64,000 nucleotides of DNA from the human T2T-CHM13v2.0 reference genome, Homo sapiens, in the NCBI RefSeq assembly GCF_009914755.1, contig NC_060934.1; one strand, given 5' to 3'. A model generated the notes under the pieces. That model saw only the letters and a list, made by a program, of their open reading frames with translations, searched no databases and had not been told where the DNA came from. This document shows, piece by piece, positions 1 through 14,894 of this stretch (the first letter of the stretch is position 1; each line of letters begins with the position of its first letter). Position numbers and translations under genes: made by a program.

Positions 1-235
1 AACAGATATGAAGTCAGGTTATTTGAATACAAATACAGGTAAATAAGTAGAGGTGGAGAGAACTCTTGAAAATTTTGTTTCTTTTTATTTTCTCAGTGAA
101 GTAGGAAGTAGAGTCATCACTTGAGGGTGAGAATGAGGGATAGTGGAAGATTGAGGTTTGAAAAGAGAAGTATGAAATCATTTAGGAGGGAGGGAGAGTG
201 AATGAGTTAGGGAAGTGTAGTAGGATCCTTGGCAG
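1..235 (+). mobile_element. L2 LINE fragment
   Basis: Purine-rich sequence with the L2-like motif tttctcagtgaagtaggaagtagagtcatcacttgagggtgag. Boundaries and strand are approximate. Confidence 0.5.
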
Positions 236-964
236 AATTTTCCCATGTGAGAGACCCTTAATGTGCGAACGCAGAGTCTTTTTATATTTTCTGCCTTACT
301 GTGGATGCATACTGGAATTGTCCTTAGTTTTTACTATTATGAGCAATTGTAGCAAAAATATTCTTATTTAGTCTTCTATTGTTTCACGACAGTTTGTCTA
401 AGCTATTTACTTAATAGTATAAATGCTTGTTCATGCTCTATTTTACCCAACTATACTCCAGCCTCATCTTACTAATTTGCACTTCTACCAGGGGTGAATG
501 ACAGTTCCCATTTCTTCTCAACAATCTCATTAAGGTTTGATGTTTTTTCATTTTTGAATATTTTTTGCCAATATGGTGAGTATAAAATGGTGTCCTATTT
601 TGGTTTTAATTTGCGTTTCCTTAATTGCTAATGAGGTATAACATCTTTTCATATTTATTGGCCAAACAGCTACTCTGAAATTTTCACCCATATTGTCATA
701 TGTAGTTGTTTGTGTACCCTTTTTTGATAATAATTTTTTGTTAGTTTTATATTTTGCCAACATTTTATCTCTCAGATTGTGGATCATCTTTTTACTCTTT
801 GTGTAATATTTGATAAGCAAAACTTATTAATTTTAATATAGCAGAAGTTGTCAGTATTTTATGGATTTTGCTTTGTGTCTTGCTTAAATAATACTTACTT
901 ACCTTAGTGTTTTCAATATTGCCTTCCACACATTTAGTCTTTAACCCAACTGGATAAGGACTTT

Positions 965-994
965 TGTGTGTGTGTGTGTGTGTATGTGTGTGTG
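965..994. repeat. (TG)n microsatellite
   Basis: About 15 TG units with one TA interruption. Confidence 0.95.
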
Positions 995-1134
995 CACAAC
1001 CAGAACTATAAATAGTGCTCCCAGAACTATTTATTGAAAAGTCCATTCCATTAGTGGTCTGCAATACTAACAGTTTTTTTGGTTAGAATTACTTCCAGGT
1101 GATTGATATTTTATATGCTTTTCTAGGTGAAATC

Positions 1135-1593
1135 TGTATTCATTTCCTATGGCTACTATAATAAACTATCATAGACTTGGAGGCTTAAAACAACAGAAAT
1201 TTAGCTTCTCACAGTTCTGGTGGCTAAAAGTCTGAAATCCAGGTGTCAGCAGGGCCATTCCCTCTTGAAAGGCTCCAGGGAAGAATCCTTCTAGCCTTTT
1301 CCATCATTTGGCAGCTCCAGACATTCCTGGGCATACTTTGATTGTAGCTGCATTACTCCAGTCTAACTCTTGGACTTCATATGGACTTCTCCTTGTGTGT
1401 TTGTATGTGTCTGAACGTGGCCTTCTTGTAAGGACACCAGTCACTGGATTTAGGACCCATACTTGTTTAGGATTAGATCTATGTGATCTCATTTTAACTT
1501 AACTATCTGCAAAGACCCTATTTTCAAACTAAGGTCACACTCCAAGGTTCCAGGTGAACAATTTTGGGAGGACAGTATTCATTCAACCAGTAC
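1135..1593 (-). mobile_element. MaLR solo LTR, MLT1C-like
   Basis: Termini tgtattcatttcct...caaccagtaca; internal motifs ggcttaaaacaacagaaattt and tctgcaaagaccctatttt; about 460 bp. Confidence 0.8.
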
Positions 1594-2857
1594 AATATCT
1601 TTTAATTTCTTTTTCTGTTTATGATCTGATAGACTGAAAGGCAATTGATTTTTTATTACTCTTATGTCTAACAGTTTGCTGTATTTTTGTAATTTATGTG
1701 TAGACTTTTTTAGCGTTTTTTAAATAATAGTTGATCAGATTATATACAAATAATGACAGTTTTGTTTCTTCCTTTCTGGGTCTTACAGCTTTATATTTTT
1801 CTCGTCTTACAATTTCTGCTATAATCTTCAGCTCATTGTTGAATAGAAGTGTGATAACAGGCATCTATTTTATTCCTGAGCTTTTAAAAAATGCTTTCAG
1901 TATTTCTTCACTAAGAATGATGTTCATTGTGGGTTTTTTAGATATCATTATAAAGAAAGGTCTCTTTTTTCCTGGTTTGATAAGGGTTTATATTATGAAT
2001 GGATGCTTGGTTTTGCCAAAGGCTGTTTTAGGAATGACTTACTTGATTTTTCTACTAAATAATTTAATGTGGAATATTATTTTAATTTACTTTATTATTA
2101 ACTCAACTTGGGTTAAATCAAACTTAGTCATAATGTATTATGTGTTTTTTTTAGTTTGCTAGTATTTTTGTAAGGATTTTTACATTGATGTTAATATGTG
2201 AGATTTGCACATGTTTTTTTTGAGATATTCATGTCAGCTCTTTGGTGGTGTTACTTCGGGCTTTTAAAATGAGTTGGGGAGTATTCTTTTTAATACTCTA
2301 GAACATTTATCACATGTATATATGTATATATTATTGGAATTATTTTTCCTATTTTAAAATAATAAACTTTGGGCCAACTAGGTCTGATGTTTTCTTCAGG
2401 GTGTAGAGTTTTAACTACTGAATTCAATATAATAGTTGTAAGAACATTCAGATGTTCTATTTGTTGTTGAGTCTGTTTTGGTAAGATATATTTAAAGGAA
2501 TTTATCCATGAAACTGATATCTTCAGTTAAATTGTTATAAAGATGTTAATATATTCTCTCAGGATCTTTTAGTATCTGCAATATCTGTAGTTGTGTTCCC
2601 TTTTAATTATTTTTAATACTGCATTTATTTATATCTCCCTATATATCTATGTATTGTTTTTGAATGGAGTTGCTTACATGATGCCCTCTTAAGCATAAAT
2701 ATTTTAAAATATATTTACTAAAAAACAAAGATACTCTCTTACATAAGGATCAAATTTAGAAAATAACATGGATAGAATATTATAATCTAACACATTTAAT
2801 TTTTTCAATTGTACCAATATTTTTTACAAATTATAACATTAAAATTGCTAGATTCGA

Positions 2858-3156
2858 TTTTTTTCTTTTTCTTTTTTTTTTTTTTTTGAGACAGGGTCTC
2901 ACTCTGTTGCCCATGCTTGAGAGCAGTGGTACGATCTCGGCTCACTGCAACCTCCACTTCCCAGGTTCAAGCGATCCTCTCACTTTAGACTCCCGAGTCA
3001 CTGGGACCCCAGATGGGTGCCAGCAGGGCCGACTAATTTTTGTATTTATTAGGGACCGGGTTTTGCTATGTTGCCCTGGCTGGTCTCGAACTCCTGAGGT
3101 CAAGCCATCCGCCCGCCTTGGCCTCCCAAAGTGCTGGGATTACTGGTATGAGCCGG
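2858..3156 (-). mobile_element. Alu (AluJ-like)
   Basis: Poly-T followed by gagacagggtctcactctg...cccaaagtgctgggattac; diverged; AluJ-like ttgctatgttgccc. Confidence 0.9.
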
Positions 3157-3249
3157 ATTTGATTTCTTAATAAGTTTTCATGAATGTTCACATATGTGAT
3201 TGGCCTGTGGTTTTCCCTTTTTATACTCTCCTTCTCAGATTTTGATACT

Positions 3250-4520
3250 TTTTTCCTTACTGAGTTTGGGTATCTTTTCCTGATCCAGGATTACATCCAG
3301 GAGCATGCAAACATTTAGTTGTCATGTCTTTTTAGTCTCCTTTAATTTGGAATAGTCATGATCTTTCATTTGAAGTCTGTGCCTCGTTTGGGTTTATCTG
3401 ATGTTTCTGCATGATTAGATTCACATTTTGTATTTTTGTTAGGAATACCAAAATGTCATATTCTTCTCCCATGGCTGGTGAAGTTAAATTTTTGTGAAAA
3501 AACCTTTTTTATTGAGATAAAAGTCATAACATAAACTTCTTAATTTTGATCATTTAAAACAGTACAATTTAGTGGTTTTCAGTATATTCATAATATTGTG
3601 CAACTATTACCACTAGTTCCAGAATATTTCCATCAGCCCCAAAAGAAACCCCATACCTGTCTATTCTCTCTATCTCCATCTTCTGGCAACCACTAATTTA
3701 ATTTCTCTCTCTCTATGGATTTGTCTAATCTGGATATTTTGTATGTATGGAATTGTACAAACATGGCCTCCTGTGTGTGGCTTCTTTCACTTATTGTAAT
3801 TTTTTTTTTCCAGAGTTCGTCTGTATTATACCATATATCAGTGCTTCATTGTTTTTGTTATGACTGAATAATATTCCATTATCTCAATATACCATATTTT
3901 AAAAATCTATTTGTCAATTAATAGACATTTGGGTTGTTTTCACTTTTGACTATTAAGAATGAGGCTGCTGTGAACATTTCTGGAAAGGTTAACTTTTATA
4001 TCTTGGTAAAAGTGGTATATTTTAGTTTTCTCAATGGTAAATATACTGTTTTTCCTTTTTAAATTACTAAGTGCCTTATTGGGAGATACTTTCAGATTAT
4101 GTAAATATTTTATTTCTTGTTAAACCTTTACATAATAGTTTTAATACCCATTGATGATTCTCACTAGAAAGAGTTATTAGTATGATGGTTACTAAGTGGT
4201 TATATTTCATTATTCCTTCTTAGTCTCCCCAGTCTATATATTCATTTATATCAGTATGAATTCATGTATTTTTATTTTATTTAATGTTTTGTAATCAATT
4301 GCTATTCTTTATTCTGGTGCTTATATTGTCACAGATTTGCCTAGTGAGCTCCTTTCAATCAGGTGTCTGTATTCTTTAGATATGTCCCCATCATTCTTTG
4401 TGCACTCCTTTACCTTCTGCACAAACATTTGTCCCTGCCCTAGTGCTCGAATAAATCATTACCCTCAAGGAACCTAGGTTCCTTTTAGTGGAGAATGTTC
4501 TTTAAAAACTAAGATTAGAG
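3250..4520 (-). mobile_element. L1MB/L1MC 3' end fragments
   Basis: Typical old L1 3'UTR antisense motifs (tttttattgagataa, ctggcaaccactaat, aatattccatt). Confidence 0.6.
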
Positions 4521-4837
4521 AACTACGCATATATCCATTTATATCCTCTATATCCATTTATAGATCTGGGCATGTATCTGTAGCTCTACATATCTATCTG
4601 TGCTTAAATGCTGTCTGTCTAAATTGCATAATGATGCCATACAGCATTACAGGGATCATTTTTGCCTTCCCCTCTTTCACATTTGTAAATCTCTTCTGCC
4701 AGTGAGAAACTTGGTTTCCATTTTATGCTTCATACATTACAAAATATTTTTGTATGTGAAGTATGAGGAACAAGATTTACTTTTTCCATTTAATATACCA
4801 TATCTGGTAAATCAGATGTAATTTTAATCCCCACATT

Positions 4838-7335
4838 TTTTGTTTGTTTGTTTTGTTTTTTTAACAATAAACTCTATGTTTTAGAGCAGTTTTAGTTTTA
4901 TGGAGAAATGAGCAGAAAGTACAGAATGTTTCCAAATACTCTCATCTCCCCTATCCCCAGGTCCTCTATTATGTGTCTTACGTGAATATGGTACATTTGT
5001 TACAGTCAGTGGGTCAATGTTGATACATTACTCATTAACTAAGTCCATAGTTTATATTAGGTTCACTTTTGTGCTGTATATTCTATGGATTTTCACAAAT
5101 GTATAGTGACATGTATCTACAATGATCATTTCATACAGAATATTTTAATTTTCCTAAAAATAACCTGTGATCCTCTTGCTTATCTCTTCCTCCCTCCAAA
5201 CTCTTGGCAACCACTGATATTTTTACTGTCTCCATACTTTTGCCTTTTCTAGAATGTCATAAAGCTGGAATCATGTAGTATGTAGCCTTTTAATTTTGGC
5301 TTCTTTCACTTAGCAATAAGCATTTAAAGTTCCTTTATGTCTCTTCATGACATAATAGCCCATGTCTTTTATTGCTGAATTATGTTGCATTGTATGGAAA
5401 CCATCTTTTGTTTATCCAGTTACCTATTGAAGAACATCTTGGTTGCCTCCAAATTTTGACAATTATGAATAAAGCTGCTATAAACATCTGTGTGCAGATT
5501 TTTGTGTGGACATATTTTCAACTCATTCAGGTGACCACCATGGAGTGCAATTCCTGGATGGTATGGTAAAGTTATGTTTAGTTTTGTGAGAAACTGCCAA
5601 AGTGGCTGGCTGTATCATTTTTCATTCCCAGCAGCGATGAATGAGAGTTCCTGTTGCTCTAGATCGTTGCCATCTTTTGTCAGCATTTTAGATTTTAGCT
5701 ATTCTAATATGTGTGTAGTGGTATTTCACTGTTATTTTAATCTGCATTTCCCTGTGACATGTAATGTGGGATATCTTTTAACATGCTTACTTGACATCTA
5801 TATGTCTTCTTTGGAAAGGTGTCTGTTCAGATCTTTTGCCTTTTTTAAAATTGAGCTTGTTTTTTATTGAGTTTTAAGGGATCCTTGTATAATTTGGATA
5901 CCAGTCCTTTATTAGCTATGTGTTACAAATATGTTCTCCCAGACTGTGGCTTGTTGTTTCATTCTCATAACAATGTCTTTCACTGAGGAGAGGTTTTTAA
6001 TTTTAATAGAGTCCAAATTATGACTTTTTTCTTTCATCATTTATGCTTTTGTTGCTGTATCTAAAATGTCATCACCAAACCCAGGTTACCTAGATTTTCT
6101 CCTGCGTTATCTTCTGGGAGTTTTATATTAAATAATTTTGCATTTTACATTTAGCTCTGCGATCTATTCTGAGTTAATTTTTGTAAAAGATGTAAGGTCT
6201 GTATCTAGATGATTATTTCTGTTATTACTACTGTGATGCCCTGTTGTTCCAGCAATATTTGTCCAATAGACAGTCCTTTCATTGTTGAATCGTTTTTTCT
6301 ATTTTGTCAAAGATCAGTTGACCATATTTGTATGTGTCTATTTCTGAGCTCTCTATTCTGTTTCCTTGATTTATTTGTCTATTCTTTTGCCAGTCCCAGG
6401 GACTGACTTGATTATTGTAGCTTTATAGTAAGTCCCAAAGCCAGGTGATGTCAATCTTTGACTTTGTTCTTCTTCTTCAATATTGTGCTGGCTATTTTAG
6501 GTCTTTTGCCTTTACATATAAATTTTAGAATCAGTTTGATAAAAATTTGGTAAATTTATTACTAAAAATCTTGCTGGAATTTTGATTTGTATTACACTGA
6601 ATCTGCATATCAAGCTGGGAAGAACTGGCATATTGCCAGTATTAGTTTTCCTATCTGTGTTCATGTACTATCTCTTTATTTATTTAGATTTTTGGTTTCT
6701 TTTATTGTTTGTAGTTTTCCTCATACCAGTCTTGTACATATTTTGTTAGGTTTCTACCTAAGTATTTCTCTTCTTTTGGTTCTAATGTAAATGGTATTGT
6801 GTTTTTGTTCTTGTTCACTGCTGGTATATAAAAAATCAATTGTATATTACCCTTGTGTCCTGCAACCTTGCTATGCTAGCTTATTAGTTCTAGAGGGTTT
6901 TTTTGGTTGTTGTTGTTGTTGTTGTTGATTCTTTGGGATTTACTTCGTAGACAGTCATATCATTTGTGAAAAAATACCATTTTATTTCTTCCTTCCCAAT
7001 CTGTATATCTTTTATTTCATTCTCTTGTCTTATTGCAGTAGCAAGAACTTCCACTAAAATGTTGAATAGAAATGGTGAGATGAAACATCCTTGCCTTATT
7101 CCTTTTCTTGGAAGGAAAACATTGTTTCTCACCATTAAATATGATGTTTTTATAGATGTTTATCAAGCTGAGGTATTTTCCCTCTATTCCTAGTTTGCTG
7201 AGTTTTTATCATGACTGAATGTTGGATTTTGTCAATGCTTTTTCTCCATCTATTGATATGATCATATGATTTTCTTTGTTAGCTTATCGACATGATGGAT
7301 TGAATCAATTGACTTTGAATGTTGAACCAGCCTAG
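4838..7335 (-). mobile_element. L1MC/L1MD 3'UTR and ORF2 fragment
   Basis: ORF 6890..7135(-) '[41 protein letters not shown]' is the L1 RT region; L1MC-type 3'UTR at 4860-5100. Confidence 0.85.
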
Positions 7336-7494
7336 CATACTTGGAATAAGTTCCACCTTCTTCTTCATTATATTTAAATTATCTTAGCTTAAATATTGCT
7401 CTACTAGAGAATATTTTGTTCCTTGATCCATATTATTTATTTACTGTCCACTAGATTATAGTATTTTCTTGTTTGTTTTGTAAAGAAAAATTAG

Positions 7495-7813
<319 letters not shown>

Positions 7814-8516
7814 GGGGCTGTATTTTTTCTTAGCCTACCTCTCCTCCTGGGGAAAAACTTCTGTGCTACTGCTTTGGAGTTGCAGGTGGGTGGGCTTAGT
7901 GGCCTGTTCCTCTTAGAGTGACACCACTACTTTATGTACAGAGCACTAGATGGGGATAGTAGTCTCTGGAGTCTTCTCAACTTGGCTCTTTCTGGATGCA
8001 ACAGTCTGCCTTAGGAGTGAGGTGGGATGAAGGCTATTGGGTCCAATGTTGTTAGCCTGCTGGAATTAGTGTATAGCTACCACCCTATGAGTGGCAACTG
8101 GGCAGAGGAAGAGCACCCAGACCTCTCATGATCTTTCCCAGAACAGAGCTTCTGTAACCCAGAGCTGGAGGGAATGAGAAGTGCTGGTATCCTGCCACTC
8201 CTAGTGAGATATCGCTGGCCTGGAGTGGGAGTTGAGGGATGAAGGAGCCTTATGTTCTTGGCTTTACTTGCCTGGGGTAGAATTTCTATCATGCTGAATT
8301 GGTTTTGTGTGTGTGAGGCAGGCGTGAGGGGGTTGGGGTAAGTAATTATCTATTGCCATAGACTATTGCTGTTCTTTTTGAGTAAATGTTTCTTTATTTG
8401 GTGTTGCTCTTAGCAAAATTTTCTTAGGTTAATGGTTGCTTTTTATAATTTTTACCAATTATAGTTCTTTTCCTAGTGGGAGTGTTTGTGGAACTCCTCA
8501 TGTTACCATTCTGTAA

Positions 8517-8838
<322 letters not shown>

Positions 8839-9199
8839 TGAGCTTCATATTCTTTAGAAATTAATTGGTATTATAATCCATGGTTTTGGAGCTGCTACAT
8901 ATACTATACTAACTATACTTTACGTATTAGCTATGTTTATGTATATAATAATTCTAACTTCTAATTGTTTGTATCAGGGCTTTAGAGTAGTTATTTAATA
9001 TTTATTTATATTGTCATGCACCTTTACTACATATCCATTCATTCAGATCAGTTATAATTGTGAGCATATATTTATAATATTTTCTCTCAGAATTATACTT
9101 TAATTAAAAGAACATTTATATTAATTTTAATGTTTCACAAGATGCATTGTAATTGTAATTTTTGATTACACAAAAAATATATATCTCAAATATATATAT

Positions 9200-9425
9200 A
9201 TCTTGAGCAAATGTACCTATTCATCAATGAGTGCAATCTATAGACTCCACTTAGGTAAGGTACAAAAACAGCAAATGAATTTATGCTGTTAGAATAGTGG
9301 TAATATTCTTATAGTTTTTTATGTGAGTGCTGATTACTTAGTTGTGTTCATGTTGTGAAAAATCATTGAGTTTTAGGCTTCTGATATATGCAGTTTTATG
9401 CATGTTATACTTAAATAAAATCTTA
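9200..9425 (+). mobile_element. L1MC/L1ME 3' end fragment
   Basis: Old L1 3' terminus motifs (aatttatgctgttagaa...tgtgaaaaatcattgag...gttatacttaaataaaa). Confidence 0.55.
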
Positions 9426-9853
9426 AAAGTTTATTATGGAGTCCATATGAGTTACACAGTTTTAACCAAATATAGTTTAGACTAAATTTACTATATTTAA
9501 CTTTTTACTTATTTGGTATTTTAAAATGATGTTTTGGGCCTCTAGTTTTAAGATGGCTTGTTTCCTATCTTTGTAAATGAAAAAATAATTTATAATATAA
9601 ATTATTATGAGTATTAAAAATTCTTTTTGATATTGTGTCTCCTCAAAGCATTTTAAGATGCTATGAGCCTCAAAATATTTTTTTTTGAAATATTGAAGTT
9701 TAGAGGTCATTTATAAATTGTTAAAAAATATGTTTTTTTCCCCCACAATTCCAGGGAAACCTCTATATGCAAAGTAGACCCTTTATATAACATATATAAA
9801 ATCAGGGAGGTCATTTTATCCTTTGTAATACATTTTTAAATTTTATTCTGTAG

Positions 9854-10008
9854 GACTATTTTGAAAGAAAGTGGGTTTGCCAGATACCTTCATTCAGCTG
9901 TTCTTATCAATGGAGCTATGCTTATTTTTGGAGGAAATACCCATAATGACACTTCCTTGAGTAACGGTGCAAAATGTTTTTCTGCCGATTTCCTGGCATA
10001 TGACATAG
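9854..10008 (+). CDS. ATRNL1: ATRNL1 internal coding exon A (155 nt, phase 2 to 1), kelch repeat: (W)TILKESGFARYLHSAVLINGAMLIFGGNTHNDTSLSNGAKCFSADFLAYDI
   Basis: Acceptor ttttattctgtag (AG 9852-53) and donor ATAG|gtatgt (GT 10009-10). Kelch signature R..HSAV....M.IFGG. Peptide recognised as attractin-like 1, and the frame joins the exon at 33152. Confidence 0.96.
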
Positions 10009-11664
10009 GTATGTATCTGTTAGGATTGTACAAAGTAGGAAATATCAGAAATTTTCCATATAGATATTCTCAAATACATTAATTGATAGCATGTGTATAT
10101 GTCATTTTAGAGTTAAGTGATAGAATATGAATGGAATTCTTTCTAATTTCAGCACAGTAGTATTATAGTAATAGAGCCAGGAGAACAGAAGTACTGAGCA
10201 GAAGTAGTGGTAGATACAGGGAATACAAAAAGCTAGATTTGGATGTCCTTTTTGAAGACTTTTTATGTTGTTTCCCTTTGTGAACACTATATCAGTTTAT
10301 TGTGTTTGCTACATATTAATTTTGATAATGGGTAGATATGGAATACTGTTGAATTATGTAAATTTTTATACATAGTAGGAATGTAAACATTTTAGATTTT
10401 AAGGGATAAGCAAAAATATATTAAACATTTCCGATATACTTACTATATATAGGAATCTGATAGAACTAGAGAAAGGAATAGAGATAGTAGAGCTAAAGAA
10501 ATAAGATTTTGAGACGAAATGGAAACCCAGATGTATCTGGGAAACAACTATATAAGCATGTTTTCCCAAAGAACTAAAAACAGTTTGCATTTATACAATT
10601 CACCTAATTTTAGTTACGCAATATAATCCTATCAATTTCTGAATATTTAAGTGAATGTATTTATTGAAATACTAAATTTAGGTATCCAGTAGACCCTTGT
10701 AGTGAAAACATTGTTTTTCTATGTATCATATTATATATAAAACCTAGCTGATATTTAAAATATACTTATCAGTACTTAAGAGCACCTTTTATTGAGGGTA
10801 TAAATAAAGTATTATACCAATTTGAAGCGATTAGGAAACATTTTTATAAGTAAAATAAAAGAATAACACATTTAATAGATGTAAGAAGTATACTTTTTCT
10901 CTTAAACCTCATAAAGGCACATAATCTGCTTTGGTAAATTATTTCAAGTAGAATCATGTAAAGAAAACTCTGACTATTAATAAGCACTTTAATCTTTTTA
11001 CTATTACAGTTGTTTCAAAGGAAATTCCTAGTAGTAAAGTTAAGCATGGTTTTTAAATCTAAGTAATGAATGTCATTCTGTGATTAATCATTTGATACTA
11101 GTAATTTGATCTTTTTCTTTTTGAAATAATAATTTGAAGTGGTAACTCCTGACGAACATGGGATTGTCTCAGCTTTTAGGAGGCTCATGAATCATTGTTT
11201 GAAATTAGTAAAATGGGTTGAATGAAGTACTGAATCTAGGCTGGCAGTGACTTTATCTCATTGCTAGATTGGGCCTGTCAATATATTATTGTTTTGGCTA
11301 TGGTGATAAGACCCTGGGCTTATTTTTCTGGAAGTTGATGAAAGTTTTGTTTGTTTGTTTTTCTTCTGGGGAAAAAAAATCCCACAAAAAGTATACATTG
11401 TTGTTGTCATTGTTAAAAATCCATGAAGTGGAATTTTGAACTTTTGCAAAAGGTTCTTCAAGGAGCTTCCACACAATGTCTGTACTTCAATGAAGAATTT
11501 AAGGTTGAGCTATTTTCTGGCTGACAAAATGGGAATGTATTTTTATTTTTTTCATATTGTTGAAGATTATGATATATCAAGTTTTATGTGTCAAAAAACT
11601 TAAGTGAAAAAATTTGGAGAATTTTGTTTCAGAAATAGAAAGATGTCAGATTATGATGATTCTA

Positions 11665-11890
11665 ATTACTACTATTTATTTAATTTCCTTCTATGTGCTA
11701 GGTACTATGTTAAGTAATTTATATACAAAATCTTTAACCTACCTTGTAGCATGGTACTATTATCCTAATATTCAGAAGATTAAACAGATGAGAGTAACAG
11801 GAACTTGCCAAAGCCATGCAGGTAGTAGGCGGTAGATCTAACTTTTGTAACTCCTAAAACTTGTGGTAGTCTTTCTATTTGACTACATCA
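11665..11890 (-). mobile_element. MIR
   Basis: ctatgtgctaggtactatgttaag...tattatcc...aacttgccaaagccatgcaggtagt resembles the MIR core. Confidence 0.65.
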
Positions 11891-13499
11891 TGCTGATTAG
11901 TTGGGCCCAGTGTATGTTCTTAATTATGGCAACAAATTACCTTATTCTTAGTAATGCTTGTTTCTTAATGCTGTAGAAATATAGAAGAAAATATGAGTTC
12001 CATTTTTTCAAGCAAGTTGTTCAGACTGGAGGAAGGAATAGCATATTTTAAACAGTTTTACATTTTAACAAAGGTTTTTTTTTATCCCCTGTGCTAACAC
12101 TGACAACAAAAACATAAAGACAGTTCCACAATTCAACATAGGTTAAAACTGTTCGGCTTTATCTCATTTGATTATTTGTAGGTAGTTCTCAAAAATGTTC
12201 TCTAAAATAATCTGTTTTATCCTCCTGGGTTTGGAGTATGAAATGTTGGACTATTTTTCTGGGAAAAGGTATTTTTCATATTATTATTTATACTTCAACA
12301 AATGTCTTTCAAAATAATTGTTTTCCTCATGGAGTATGTTTTTGTGGAAATAGATATAAGCATTATATAGTAAACCAATTAGGAAACAGAAAAAGTGTCA
12401 TGTTGCTAGTTTTTCTTTTCACTGTGGTACACCAGGACATTTTTGGTGCATTTATGGAAGGCACTTAAAAGCTTAGCTGATTGTTTTGTGTTATATGATA
12501 TTTAAACAGGAATATTTGTACCATTTCTAATTTTTTATTGTTGCAAAATGTATTATTTGAACATTACTCTCACAGTAAATTTTATACAGTCAATATCGCT
12601 AATCTTTGGGTATATAACCTTGCCTTCACAGTTCCCATTCTATTATTGCATGATGGATGTAGAAGGCATATGCTGGTGATTTTCAATCATGCTCATACCT
12701 TGGCATCCTCTTTGGAGGTTGGTTGGAAAAAAAAAATAACTTACGTAATCAGATTCTTTGAGATTGGATACTGGGCATCTATGTTTTTTAAAAGTGACTA
12801 AAGTGCAGCTGATAATACAGCTAGGGTGGTGAATAAGATAGGTTGAGTATAACACATAGCATGACACATTTCTTAATTTGACTGTAACATATGACATGAC
12901 ACATTTCTTAATGTTCTAGTTTTTAAATCTAGTTTGAGGTCAGATTTGAGAATCCAAAAACTTAATTTTTTTTTGTTATTGTTAGTGCTGTTATTATTAC
13001 TTTCAGAAAGCCACCATGGCACCTTCTTCAAGGTTAACAAGAACTTTCTGGTAAAGATAACCTTCTATTTAGAATTCACACAGAATTCTGAAACAAGATG
13101 CAAAACAACTTATTGACTATGTTTTTTTCTTAATCAAAAAGATAATAGAGGATAACAGAAACATGAAAATGTAATTTCCTGAGTTAAATTATTTAAGAAT
13201 GGGTAGGGAATAGGATTTGTATAAGAACTATATCTTGCAGAAAGCAGAACAGCTGAAATTTCAAATGAGATTTAACGAATAATCGAGTTTTCAAAATAAA
13301 TTCCCTGAACATAGTGGTTTACTTATGACATTAATTTCTTTGTAGTGATTATTTAAAAACTAAATCAGTAAAAACTAAAAAGTAATTTTTTATTTGGGAA
13401 AGTAATATTTTAATGGTAGTATATAATAATGTATATTCTTAACCATTTTATAATACAGTGAAATTGCAGTTCTGTATACTCTTAAAAGATCACTTAACT

Positions 13500-13803
<304 letters not shown>

Positions 13804-14894
13804 TCACTTAACTAATTAATGAAGCCTGGGATACCTGATTTTGTCCAACTGTTTGGAGTGATATATATGTATACATATATAATAGATATAGTTTGGTAAG
13901 GCATATAATTTCATAGCAAAATCATATTCAAATTAAGACATCTAATTATTTAATTTTTTGGAATACTCATGCAAAGTTATGAAAATTCCAATCTGCTTGC
14001 TTTTCATGTTTATAATTATTTTTATTTTCTGGAGGTTATTTTATTAGTTCCTCTCTCTGTTTATCCGTATTTCTCTATGCACTTCGTTAAATTCTTAGGG
14101 CTCTTTCTTGATGAAAGTGGTACCACTTACCTGGCCATCTGAAAGAAACAATTTCTTTGTAGATCAGGAAAATCCTTAGAATCATCACACATTTCTTTCA
14201 ATGAATTTAGCCAACTGTCGACTGTTTTAAGCTTCATTGTATCCTTTGCTCAAGGTGTTCTCTTTCTTTTTGTTGGGATTATATACAAGAAATAGTAGTT
14301 TAATCTTTTTTAAAAAGAGGCCACTAAATAAAAGAAAAAATAACCTTTTATTTTGAGGAAAGGATGAACTAACATTTATCTAATGTTTTCAACAGTGCTT
14401 GGCATGTCACACATGATTTATAATATAATTATTGTTACATCTGTGTAGTGTACATTAGTATATTTAATTTATAGAAGAAGACACTGTGATTTACCATGGT
14501 TAAACCCAAACTCACACAGGCTATAAGATGTTGTATTCAGAATTTAAAGTTAAGTCTACATTCAGAGTCCTTTTGATATTAACACTATACACCGTGATAT
14601 TTATTTTTCCTGGTTTAACAGGAAAAAAAAGGAATTTTAGTTGGAAAGAACTTGTTAGTGTAGTGAGACATTCAAAAATAGTTTTTATCAATAGATTTAA
14701 TCATATTTCTGAGAGGTATTTGAATTTCACTCTACCTGTCCCCCTCCCGAATAAGTTGATTGGAAAATAGTGACCTCAAGATAGAAAATCCAGGAGAAAG
14801 AAAAGGATAATGGATAATGAATCTCTCTCATTCTTAACAAGTCTGTATCCATTTTGAGAGACTGTATTGAATACAAAAATTACTGAATAAAGAT

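Larger units (their letters stand above)
300..2640 (-). mobile_element. Old L1M ORF2/3' fragments, interrupted by an MLT1 LTR
   Basis: ORF 548..820(-) 'NMKRCYTSLAIKETQIKT' resembles the L1 ORF2 C-terminus ([18 protein letters not shown]). T-rich, L1-like sequence continues after 1600. Confidence 0.65.

Noticed and set aside
9861-10082. ORF read-through past exon A as a stand-alone protein
   Set aside because: Similarity ends exactly at the GT donor (10009); the tail is ordinary intron.
12860-12912. 18-bp direct repeat CATGACACATTTCTTAAT separated by 17 bp
   Set aside because: It is real but most simply a local slippage duplication; the spacer has no poly-A or element hallmark.
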